Origin: an uncultured delta proteobacterium
GTDB lineage: Bacteria; Myxococcota_A; Polyangia; Polyangiales; Polyangiaceae
Assembly (NCBI GenBank): GCA_963782055.1
Contig: CAWAIF010000003.1
Span: 1,824,001 to 1,888,000 of the forward strand
DNA: 64,000 nt
Direction: 5' to 3'
Shown here piece after piece: positions 9,696-17,839 of this stretch (position 1 is the first letter of the stretch; the number at the start of each line of letters is the position of its first letter). A program made the translations under genes and the position numbers. The notes beneath the pieces were generated by a model. It saw only the letters and a program-made list of their open reading frames with translations. It searched no databases and was not told the origin of the DNA.

Positions 9696-11112
9696 GCAAC
9701 TGTTGATCTCCGGTCCCTTCGGGCTGCCTCGACTCTACTACTCCGTTGGTGACCACCGTGTCGCGCCTGAGTTGGATCGTCTGAGGCGCATCACCGACGC
9801 AGAACCGGACGATGCAGGTCTCGCGGGCTGGTGCACCGGAATCCGTGACGCTGATGCCGGCACCACACTCTTCACCCGCCTCCGCCGGCTTCAACCGTTC
9901 GAGACCATTCCAGCATCCTCTGATGATGCGGGCCGTTCCGCGCAGATGCCCGTCCTGCCGTCCCGAGCGTGGGACCGTCGATCTCCTGCAGACCTGGCGA
10001 CTGAACTCCGCGCGCGTCTGTTCAGCGCCGTCGCGAGGATTACGAAGGGAGCCCACAGGGTGGCGGTGATGCTTGGGGGCCTAGACTCAAGCGCGGTACT
10101 CAGTATCTTGACGAGGCTCTTCCCACCGACTTCCCTCTTCGCCATCACTATCCTGTTTGAAGAGGGGGAGCGCGATGCTCCATATGCTGAGGCCTTGTGT
10201 CGCCACTTCGGCGTAAGATGGTATCCGTTACCCTTGTCGAGAGCGGTGCCGGTAGAGGCGTTTGTGGTGGCTGATGCTCACCCCTGCCTCTCGCCCCACG
10301 CCGGTAGCGAGCTTGGAGCTTTTCGGCTGGCCGCAGAGCTGGGCGCCGACGTTGTCGTCACGGCAACGCTTGGCGACGCGGCGTTCGGGGGAAATCTTGG
10401 CCAAATTGGCCGCCTCTACGCCCGCCGTCATCCCATCGCGGCCGCTCGCCTCGCGCTTCGCGCTCAGCTTCCGTGGCATCCGAGTCCGCTCCGACGTGTG
10501 CGCAGTTTGCTCGTTGCACCGAACATCCGCGACCGTATGCCCGAGGTTGTACGCCGGTGGCGCTCGCGCCGGCAATGGAGAGACAGGGCTCCTTGGGTTA
10601 CGCCCCACTTTTCGAGACTACTGGAGCGACATGAGCTTTCCGCCGCCAAGCCATACTTTATTAGTACTACGCCGGCGGCTTGGCTGCGAGAGCTGGTTGC
10701 AAACGTCGATGTGTTGACCGTCACGGCCGGGCTCTCGGCCTTCGCCCAAACCTCTGGACTTCGTTGGCGGGACGCGCTCTTTGATGTGCCTCTGCTCGCG
10801 TTTCTGGCTGCTATTCCCATCGAGCGGCTACTTGATTGCAACAAGTTTCGAGGCTTGCTTCGTCGAGCGATGGCGGGCTGGATGCCGGACCCTGTTCGCT
10901 TGCGGGCTGGCAAGGCATCCATGAACGGCCGCAAGCGACACTTCCGGGCTGACGACTTGAGGGCGATGGGGGAGTTTGCCCGAGCGAGACAACTCGCGAA
11001 GCGGGGGCTTGTCGACTCGGCGGCGCTGCGTGCTGCGTTCGAACACGCCGACGACATCTCGCCCATTTGGCGTTTTCTGGCTGCCGAAGCTTGGTTGCAA
11101 CGGGTGGCTTGA
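9670..11112 (+). CDS. Lasso peptide macrolactam cyclase (C protein; asparagine synthetase-like)
   Basis: ATP-PPase motif LGGLDSS; N-terminal remnant GPFGLPRLYY; C-terminal LFDVPLLAFLAAIP..RGLLRRAMAGWMPDPVRLRAGK; cluster context. Exact start uncertain (ATG 9670 or TTG 9703). Confidence 0.88.
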   Translation: MVVSLDARRQLLISGPFGLPRLYYSVGDHRVAPELDRLRRITDAEPDDAGLAGWCTGIRDADAGTTLFTRLRRLQPFETIPASSDDAGRSAQMPVLPSRAWDRRSPADLATELRARLFSAVARITKGAHRVAVMLGGLDSSAVLSILTRLFPPTSLFAITILFEEGERDAPYAEALCRHFGVRWYPLPLSRAVPVEAFVVADAHPCLSPHAGSELGAFRLAAELGADVVVTATLGDAAFGGNLGQIGRLYARRHPIAAARLALRAQLPWHPSPLRRVRSLLVAPNIRDRMPEVVRRWRSRRQWRDRAPWVTPHFSRLLERHELSAAKPYFISTTPAAWLRELVANVDVLTVTAGLSAFAQTSGLRWRDALFDVPLLAFLAAIPIERLLDCNKFRGLLRRAMAGWMPDPVRLRAGKASMNGRKRHFRADDLRAMGEFARARQLAKRGLVDSAALRAAFEHADDISPIWRFLAAEAWLQRVA

Positions 11113-11837
11113 TGACTGTAGCAGCTGGCATTCCCTGCCTGGTGAACAGCGTGGCCGGCGGATATTCCGCGGAGTGGCCGGGCTTGGGTAGTCTCCGCAT
11201 TCAGGGCTCTTCAACTGTTCACCATACCTATGTTGATGATGCAGTTGCCGCCGAGAAGTGGCGCCGCGGTCCCGCGATGGCCGTGGAAAGATACTTGCGT
11301 CGCACCGGCGTCGGATTTCACGCGTCGGCTGTCAGTTTGCCCAGTGGCCACGCCATTGTCTTCGCCGGGGCAAGCGGTGCCGGAAAGTCCACCGCCGCCG
11401 CGGTCTTGTGTCTTCGAATGGGAGCAAGCTTGCTGGCAGATGACGTCTGCATCGGCAAGATCGACCGCGGTCAACTCTGGATAGAGCCCTCGGAGTCGCA
11501 GCACTGGCTGGATGGCCCGGCGCGCGAGCGTCTCGCGTACCCGCGTGGCCAGGGTCCTAAGCGGCCAGTGGCCGCCAGCTCGCTGGCCCACGCCCCTATC
11601 CCGGCCGCGAAGCTTGTGGCGCTGCGTGATGATGGGCCCGTGCAGCCCGTGCGCCTTCGTGGCCTGGAGGCGCTGACCGCGATAGCAGCGGCGTCGATGG
11701 CTCCCCACGTGGATGCTGAGGCGCAGAGTCGAGCCGTCGAGGATCTGGATCGGTTCGTCGTGATCGGGCGGCTCGTGGAGGTGGTGGCCTGCTGTCGTCT
11801 CCCCGATGATCTCCTGCTGCGGAAACTGGTGGCGTGA
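11112..11837 (+). CDS. HPr kinase-like lasso peptide kinase
   Basis: FHASAV, Walker A GASGAGKST and LLADD motifs; TGATG coupling to the cyclase stop at 11112. Confidence 0.85.
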   Translation: MTVAAGIPCLVNSVAGGYSAEWPGLGSLRIQGSSTVHHTYVDDAVAAEKWRRGPAMAVERYLRRTGVGFHASAVSLPSGHAIVFAGASGAGKSTAAAVLCLRMGASLLADDVCIGKIDRGQLWIEPSESQHWLDGPARERLAYPRGQGPKRPVAASSLAHAPIPAAKLVALRDDGPVQPVRLRGLEALTAIAAASMAPHVDAEAQSRAVEDLDRFVVIGRLVEVVACCRLPDDLLLRKLVA

Positions 11838-12124
11838 TGGAACGGGCTCTGACTTCCGACCGCTTCCAGGTGGCTGAGCACGTGCACGCCCGCGAGTTCG
11901 ACGGGGAGATGGTCGTGCTCGATCTGCAGTCAGGCACCTACTTCGGCCTCGACGAAGTGGGAGCCTTCTGCTGGCAGGCGCTGGGCGCCGGTCGTGCGGT
12001 CTCCGAGGTTGCGGGAGAGATCGCGGCCGTCTACGACGTCTCCCGAGACGAGGCTCTTCGGGATCTTCTAGCCTTGGCCGACGAATTATTGCAGCGGCAC
12101 CTCGTCCAACGGAGGGCACCATGA
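11837..12124 (+). CDS. PqqD family RiPP recognition element (lasso B1)
   Basis: REFDGEMVVLDLQSGTYFGLDEVGAFCWQAL...IAAVYDVSRDEALRDLLALADELLQRHLV; coupled start (ATG 11837 or GTG 11834). Confidence 0.92.
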   Translation: MERALTSDRFQVAEHVHAREFDGEMVVLDLQSGTYFGLDEVGAFCWQALGAGRAVSEVAGEIAAVYDVSRDEALRDLLALADELLQRHLVQRRAP

Positions 12125-12507
12125 GCGGCCTGCACGTCGCCTCACGATTGGCGCTGCGGCTTCTTCGCCCACGCCAGGCTTTTCGGGTGGTGGCCGCCCT
12201 GGGGCGCCTCGTGCCCTCGCTCGACCGCACGGAGGCCGAGGCCTACGCGGTGAACCTGTCCGGGAGGGGCAGCTGCCTCTCCCGATCCGTCGCGGTGGCC
12301 GCTCGTCTTCCCGGCGCGAAGGTCATGATCGGCGTGGCGCCCGTCGGGTACGGGGCGGTGCGCGCCGCGCTCTACGGGGCAAGGCGCGGGGAGGTGCTCA
12401 AGGCGCATGCCTGGGTCGAGGTGGATGGGCGCCCCCTCGCAGGACAGCGGCCCCTGGGCAAGGTTCTGGCGACGCTCGAGGTAGCTCGACCAGTCACCGA
12501 TTCATGA
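12121..12507 (+). CDS. Lasso peptide leader peptidase (B2, transglutaminase-like)
   Basis: Catalytic Cys in SCLSRSVA, then IGV and AHAWVEVDG motifs; ATGA overlap with B1. Confidence 0.88.
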   Translation: MSGLHVASRLALRLLRPRQAFRVVAALGRLVPSLDRTEAEAYAVNLSGRGSCLSRSVAVAARLPGAKVMIGVAPVGYGAVRAALYGARRGEVLKAHAWVEVDGRPLAGQRPLGKVLATLEVARPVTDS

Positions 12508-12537
12508 TATCCTGGACGCGTCGGGAAGGAGCTTTCC

Positions 12538-13443
12538 ATGAGGAACTTGTCACGCATCGCAGCGATGGCTGGAGGGATCGTGGCCTGCAACGTCATCGCC
12601 TGGACGTCGATGGTGGGTTGCAGCGGAGACGACAACGCAATCCCCGATGGGGGCGATGCGGCCCCTGACAACACCCAGATAGATGTCTTCGTGCCCGACG
12701 TGCAGGGCCAGGACGTCGTGGGCGACGAGGACGCTGGCACCAACCCCGACGCTCCCTATGACGCAGCGTCTCTCCTAGCCTTCCCCGCCGAGGAAGCGCT
12801 GGCGAGCTGTGGTCGTCTCCGGACGTGCTGCTACGGCGCCGACGCTGGGGTCGCTCTCACCAAATGCATTGGACATGTTAGTCCACTTGGGATCAATGGC
12901 ACCCTCGTGGAATTGAGTCTCCCAGGCGTGCTTGATGGCGGGCATCTTCACCTGGATGAGACGACGGCAAACTCCTGTCTCGCAGCACTCAGTACCTTCT
13001 CGTGCCCGGTGATGCCGGAGTCCGAATACCGGAACGTCACACAGAATTGCTACGGGGCCGTGTCCGGTACCCTTCCCATCGGGGCTCAGGGGTGCAAGAC
13101 GAGCGTTGAGTGCGTGCCGGGAGCGTACTGCGCTGCTGCGACTGCGCCCGACGGCGGTCCCACGAAGGAGTGTTATGTTGTTGGCGATGCCGGCTCGCCC
13201 TGTACCGCATCCAACATCCAGTGCATGTACCGCGGGTATCTAGGCCAGAACCAGCTTCGTTGTGCCATTGACGGTGGGTCCACGGGGACATGTGGTCCCC
13301 AGCTCCAGAACGGTGCGAAGTGCAACTACTCCTTCGACTGTCTGTCGCAAACCTGCGACGAGACGGGCCATTGCGGTACTGCCTTCACACTGACGGATCC
13401 GGGGACTTGCGACTACCTCTTCTACAGCGACGCCGGGCTCTAG
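12538..13443 (+). CDS. Cys-rich secreted lipoprotein of unknown function inside the lasso cluster
   Basis: RBS AAGGAG; signal peptide ending VGC; DAG-rich linker; about 20 Cys. Confidence 0.75.
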   Translation: MRNLSRIAAMAGGIVACNVIAWTSMVGCSGDDNAIPDGGDAAPDNTQIDVFVPDVQGQDVVGDEDAGTNPDAPYDAASLLAFPAEEALASCGRLRTCCYGADAGVALTKCIGHVSPLGINGTLVELSLPGVLDGGHLHLDETTANSCLAALSTFSCPVMPESEYRNVTQNCYGAVSGTLPIGAQGCKTSVECVPGAYCAAATAPDGGPTKECYVVGDAGSPCTASNIQCMYRGYLGQNQLRCAIDGGSTGTCGPQLQNGAKCNYSFDCLSQTCDETGHCGTAFTLTDPGTCDYLFYSDAGL

Positions 13444-13461
13444 TCCGTCCCGTCGACGTCG

Positions 13462-15066
13462 ATGACGTCTCGCCTCACCGCACTGCGCCGAGCAGGTCCC
13501 TGGACCGCGCTCGGCGCGGCGCTTTTGTTCACCGAGCGCGTCGCCATCTTCGCCGCCGCCTCCGGTCTCGCCGCGCGGAGCGCCCGCGCCGCGCTCATCG
13601 CCGGGGCCGGCGCCTCCGCACTCCACCTGACCCGCTCCGCCTTCGGCTCCCTCGCCCGCACGCGGAGCCAGGCGGCGCTCTACGACGAGGCGCTCACCGC
13701 CGTGCTCGAGGGGGACGTGCTGGCGGTACAGGGCGAGAAGCTCCAGGCGACGCTCTTCTCGGCCATCGACGCCGCCGCGCGTGTCGGCGCCACCGCCGTT
13801 CCCTCGCTCATCGGTGACGGGCTCGCCGCCGCCGTCCTCGGCGTGTGGGTCGTCGCGGGCACGCCCACCGCGACCTGGGCCGTCGCGGGCGCCGCGCTCG
13901 CCGCGGGCCTCGTCCTCGCCCTGATCTCCCGTCGCGTCGCCGGCGCCGCCTCCGACCGGTTCTGGGCCGCGCACGAGCGCGTCGCGCGGCACCTCGTCGA
14001 CGGCGTGGACGGGCGCGTCGACCTCGCCGCGAGCGGTGAGGTCCCCGCCTTCCGCGAGGGCCTGCAGAGCGCCGTCTCGTCGCAGCGCTCCGTCGCGCGC
14101 CGCGCGGCCATGCTCGAGGCCTTCGCGGGACGTGCGCCCATGGCCGCCGCGGTCTTCGCCGCGCTGGGGGCCGTCCTCGCGCTTCATCCGTCGCTCGCCG
14201 GGACCGGCCTGGCGCACCTGATCGTGCTCGCCGGCGTCATGCCGCCCTTCGCGGGGCTCGCGATGTCCCTCGCGCAGGTGGCGCGCGCTCGCGGTCCGCT
14301 CCGCGCGCTGGACGCTCTCCTCCGCTCTCCGCGCATGGACGCAGGCGGTTCCTCGCAGCCTGCCGTGGCGGCCATCGATCTCCGGGGCGTGACCGTCCGC
14401 TACGGCGAGACGGTCGCCCTCGACGGGGTGACCATCCACCTGGAGCCGTCCGGCGTGCACGTACTCGTGGGTCCCAACGGGTGTGGAAAGACGACGCTCC
14501 TCGGCGTGCTCGCCCGGCTCGTTCGACCGTCCGACGGCGAGATCCTGGTCGGGGGCGACACGCTGGATGCGCTCGACCTCCGCGCCTGGCGTGCATCGCT
14601 CGGCTACCTCTCGCAGCGCCCGTACCTCCCGGTGCGCTGCTCGGTCCGCGTCGCGATGCGCTTCGTCGCCCCGCGCGCGGACGACGAGGCGCTGCGGGCT
14701 GCGCTGCGGCGGACGCGCGCGTGGGAGGTGCTCGCGAAGAAGTCGCCGGACGATCCGCTCTCCACCCCGGTCGACGGCCTGTCCGCCGGCGAGCGCCAGC
14801 GCGTCGCCCTCGCCCGCGTCCTGGTGCGCCAGCCTCGCGTGCTCCTGCTCGACGAGCCGGACGCCAACCTCGACGCCGAAGGCCGCGCGCTGCTCGTCCG
14901 GCTGCTCCGCGAGCTGGGGGAGTCGTGCTGCGTCGTCTGCGCGGCGCATGGCCGAGAGATCCGGGAAGCCGCCGATGTTCTGGTCCACCTCGAAGCAGGC
15001 CGGGTGGGCAGCGAGGAGCAGCCGCACCGTCCCCTCACCTCCGGGCGGCTCGCCTCGTCCGCGTGA
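13462..15066 (+). CDS. ABC exporter (fused TMD + NBD), probable lasso peptide exporter
   Basis: Several TM helices; Walker A GPNGCGKT, signature LSAGERQ, Walker B LLLDEP. Confidence 0.88.
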   Translation: MTSRLTALRRAGPWTALGAALLFTERVAIFAAASGLAARSARAALIAGAGASALHLTRSAFGSLARTRSQAALYDEALTAVLEGDVLAVQGEKLQATLFSAIDAAARVGATAVPSLIGDGLAAAVLGVWVVAGTPTATWAVAGAALAAGLVLALISRRVAGAASDRFWAAHERVARHLVDGVDGRVDLAASGEVPAFREGLQSAVSSQRSVARRAAMLEAFAGRAPMAAAVFAALGAVLALHPSLAGTGLAHLIVLAGVMPPFAGLAMSLAQVARARGPLRALDALLRSPRMDAGGSSQPAVAAIDLRGVTVRYGETVALDGVTIHLEPSGVHVLVGPNGCGKTTLLGVLARLVRPSDGEILVGGDTLDALDLRAWRASLGYLSQRPYLPVRCSVRVAMRFVAPRADDEALRAALRRTRAWEVLAKKSPDDPLSTPVDGLSAGERQRVALARVLVRQPRVLLLDEPDANLDAEGRALLVRLLRELGESCCVVCAAHGREIREAADVLVHLEAGRVGSEEQPHRPLTSGRLASSA

Positions 15067-15087
15067 CGAGCCGCCGCGGCCGCCGCG

Positions 15088-16413
15088 TCACCGTTCCCTC
15101 ACCTCCGGACACACCGGGCTCACCTCCCGCCCCGTCCCGCGCCCCACCGTCACCTTCTCCGGCTCTCCAAACGCCGCGATCAGCGCAAAATGCTCGTACC
15201 GGCACGGGGTCACCTCCAGCGCCGGGACCCCGCGCGCCCGCAGCTCCAGACCCCGGTCGATCTGCGCGTCCCGGCGCTCCGTCGGGCCGTTGCCCGGCAC
15301 CTCCCGCCACCGGCCCGCCACCCCGCTCAGCCACGCCACCCCGCCGATCACCACCGCCGCCACGAGCCACGCCTCCCGCCCGGGCCGGCCGTGGATCCCC
15401 GCCACCACCAGCGTCCGCGCGCCGTCCGCACCGGCGCACGCGAGCACCGCGAAGAGCGTCATCATCGCGCGCGCCGGATGGTGCGTGGGCGCGGCGTCCG
15501 CCAGATCGCCCGCCACGAGGAAGACCATGACCAGCAGCGCGCCGGCGAGCGGCAAGGCCCAGCGCGCGCGGAAGGCCCTCGACCGCAAGCACAGCACCGC
15601 CGGGATGGCGGCCAGCGGGATCTCCGGCGCCCCGTCCAGCGCCGCGCGCGGGTAGGCGAGCAGACGATCGACCAGCGGGCCTCCGCCGCCCAGCGCCTTG
15701 CGGTAGTTCGTGACGCGCGCCAGGAAGTGCACCGGGCTGCCGTGCGCGTGCGCGTTCCACGCCATCCAGGCGAGCGGTCCCAGCGCCGCCAGCGCCGCCG
15801 CCGTCGTCAGGCCGCGCCTCTCGCCGCGCTCCGCCTTCATCGCGCGCCACCCCGCCACGCACGCCACCATCGCCGCGATGGGCCACGCCTCGTAGCGCGA
15901 CAGCGCCGCGACCAGCGAGAACGCGCCGGCCGCCGTCAGCGCCGCCGGGCGCCGGTCCGCCAGCAGCACCAGCGCCGCCGCCGCGAGCAGCCCCGCCCAT
16001 CCCTCGGGCACCGTCGCCACCCCGAGCCACACGCTCCACGGGGTCAACGCCGCGAGCCCCGCGCCCAGCAGCGCGGAGATGCGCGGCACCTGCACCGCTC
16101 GCATGGCGCCGTAGAGCACCAGCGGCGCGGCGGTCCCGAGCACGAACGCAAGCCCGCGCGCGGTCGCCAGCGACCGCCCGAACGCCATCATGGTCGCTCC
16201 CGTCAGCCAGAAGGGCAGGGGAAGCCAGCTCGTGCCGCTCGGGTCCAGCCGCGGCGCGTGCGCGAAGCTCTCGGCGATGACCGTGCGCGCGTAGTCGTCG
16301 TCCGACACCTGCGCGAAGCCCGCGTGCAGGACGTAGAGCATCGCCCCCGTCCGGGCGAGCAGCAGCGCGAGCGCGCCGAGGTCGAGCGCCGGCGGCGCCG
16401 CGGCCCGCGTCAC
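15088..16413 (-). CDS. Polytopic membrane protein, GT-C/PMT-like glycosyltransferase candidate
   Basis: GTG 16413 start; acidic SDDDYAR loop after TM1; WLPLPFW; many TM helices; RYEAW. Confidence 0.65.
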   Translation of the reverse strand: MTRAAAPPALDLGALALLLARTGAMLYVLHAGFAQVSDDDYARTVIAESFAHAPRLDPSGTSWLPLPFWLTGATMMAFGRSLATARGLAFVLGTAAPLVLYGAMRAVQVPRISALLGAGLAALTPWSVWLGVATVPEGWAGLLAAAALVLLADRRPAALTAAGAFSLVAALSRYEAWPIAAMVACVAGWRAMKAERGERRGLTTAAALAALGPLAWMAWNAHAHGSPVHFLARVTNYRKALGGGGPLVDRLLAYPRAALDGAPEIPLAAIPAVLCLRSRAFRARWALPLAGALLVMVFLVAGDLADAAPTHHPARAMMTLFAVLACAGADGARTLVVAGIHGRPGREAWLVAAVVIGGVAWLSGVAGRWREVPGNGPTERRDAQIDRGLELRARGVPALEVTPCRYEHFALIAAFGEPEKVTVGRGTGREVSPVCPEVRER

Positions 16414-17063
16414 GTCACGGGGCGGACGCGCTCGTCGCCGGGGGCGGCGCGGGTGCGGTGGCGGTGGTCGTCGCGACCACGTGCGGGGCGCTGGCGGTGG
16501 CCGCGGGCGGCGCCGCGGCGTGCGTGGCCGCGGCCGCGGCATGCGTCGGAGCGGGGGCAGGCGCCGAACGCGTGCGTCGGGGTCGGCGGCGCGGGCGCCT
16601 TGGCGGACGGCGCCGGTGCGGTGGCCGAGGGAGCCGGCGCGGTCGCGCTGTCCGACGGCGCGCTCACCGGCGGCGCAGGGGTCGACGAGGGAACGCCCAG
16701 GTCGATGGGCGGCTTGGCCCCCGACGGGACGGCGCTCGTCTCCGGGTGCTCCTTGTGATGGGTGCCGCGCTCCGCCTTCTTCTCCTTCTCCAGCTCGAGC
16801 TTCGCCGCGAGGGCGCGGTCGGCGGAGGAGGAGCGGTACGCCAAAGACACGCTGGTGAGCATGAACATGGTGGCGGCGATGGCGGTGGCCTTGGTGAGGA
16901 TGTTGCCCGCACCGCGCCCACCGAACACCTGGGTCGCGCCGCCGCCGCCGAAGGCGGCGCCGAGGCCTCCGCCGCGGCCCTGCTGCAGGAGCACCACGCC
17001 GATGAGCACCGCGGCCACCAGGACGTGCAAGATCTTGAGTAAGGTATCGAGGACGCTGCCCAT
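16410..17063 (-). CDS. secG: Preprotein translocase subunit SecG with a long Pro/Ala tail (apparent frameshift near 16567)
   Basis: LIGVVLLQQGRGGGLGAAFGGG..FGGRGAGNILTKAT; directly after tpiA (TGATG). Confidence 0.9.
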   Translation of the reverse strand: MGSVLDTLLKILHVLVAAVLIGVVLLQQGRGGGLGAAFGGGGATQVFGGRGAGNILTKATAIAATMFMLTSVSLAYRSSSADRALAAKLELEKEKKAERGTHHKEHPETSAVPSGAKPPIDLGVPSSTPAPPVSAPSDSATAPAPSATAPAPSAKAPAPPTPTHAFGACPRSDACRGRGHARRGAARGHRQRPARGRDDHRHRTRAAPGDERVRPVT

Positions 17064-17839
17064 CAAAGGCTCCTGCCGATGGCTTCGGCGGCGTTGGCGA
17101 TAGCACCGAATGACCCGGCGTCCAAGCTCGCCCCGCCGATGAGCGCCCCGTCCACGTCCGGCTGGCCGAGCAGGGCGGTCGCGTTGTCCGGCTTGACCGA
17201 GCCCCCGTAGAGCACCCGCGTGGCCTCCGCGAGCTCGGCCGTCACCCCGCCGAGCCACCCCCGGATGGCGGCGTGGACCTCCTGGGCGTCCTGAGGTGCG
17301 GCGTTCTTGCCGGTCCCGATGGCCCAGACCGGCTCGTAGGCGATGGCAGCCGACACCGTCGCGTCCGCCAGCGCGGGCAGGAAGGCCGAGACCTGCCGGT
17401 GGACCACCTCGAGCGTCTTGCCCGCCTCGCGCTCGGCCAGAGTCTCGCCCACGCAGACGATGGGCACGATGGATTGGGAGAAGGCGGAGGCGACCTTGGC
17501 GGTCACCGAGGCGTCCGTCTCGCCGAAGAGCTGGCGGCGCTCGCTGTGACCCAGGATGACCCAGCCCGCTCCGGACTCCTTGATCATCGGGCCGCTGACC
17601 TCGCCGGTGAACGCGCCCTGCGGCTTGTCGTGCATGTTCTGGGCGGCGAGCTTCACGCTCGAGCCCTCCAGCTCGTGCGCCACGGCGGCGAGGGCGGTGA
17701 ACGGCGGCGCGACCAGGAGGTCCACGCCGGGGACCTGAGCGGCGAGGTCGCGGACCTGGGCCGCGAGGCGGACGCCCTCCAGGCCGCCGTGGAACATCTT
17801 CCAGTTGCCCGCGATGAGGGGGCGGCGCTTCGGGCTCAC
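17063..17839 (-). CDS. tpiA: Triosephosphate isomerase
   Basis: IAGNWKM, ILGHSERR, AYEPVWAIGTG, YGGSVKP, LIGGASL; GTG start overlaps the pgk stop. Confidence 0.97.
   Translation of the reverse strand: MSPKRRPLIAGNWKMFHGGLEGVRLAAQVRDLAAQVPGVDLLVAPPFTALAAVAHELEGSSVKLAAQNMHDKPQGAFTGEVSGPMIKESGAGWVILGHSERRQLFGETDASVTAKVASAFSQSIVPIVCVGETLAEREAGKTLEVVHRQVSAFLPALADATVSAAIAYEPVWAIGTGKNAAPQDAQEVHAAIRGWLGGVTAELAEATRVLYGGSVKPDNATALLGQPDVDGALIGGASLDAGSFGAIANAAEAIGRSL

Noticed and set aside
9670..11112. Ordinary asparagine synthetase AsnB
   Set aside because: No N-terminal catalytic Cys or full glutaminase domain, and it is flanked by lasso A/B1/B2 genes.
11837..12124. PQQ biosynthesis (pqqD)
   Set aside because: No pqqA/B/C/E nearby; it is coupled to a B2 peptidase.
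15088..16413. Membrane glycosyltransferase as a lasso tailoring enzyme
   Set aside because: Opposite strand, and it is the last gene of the gap-pgk-tpiA-secG run.
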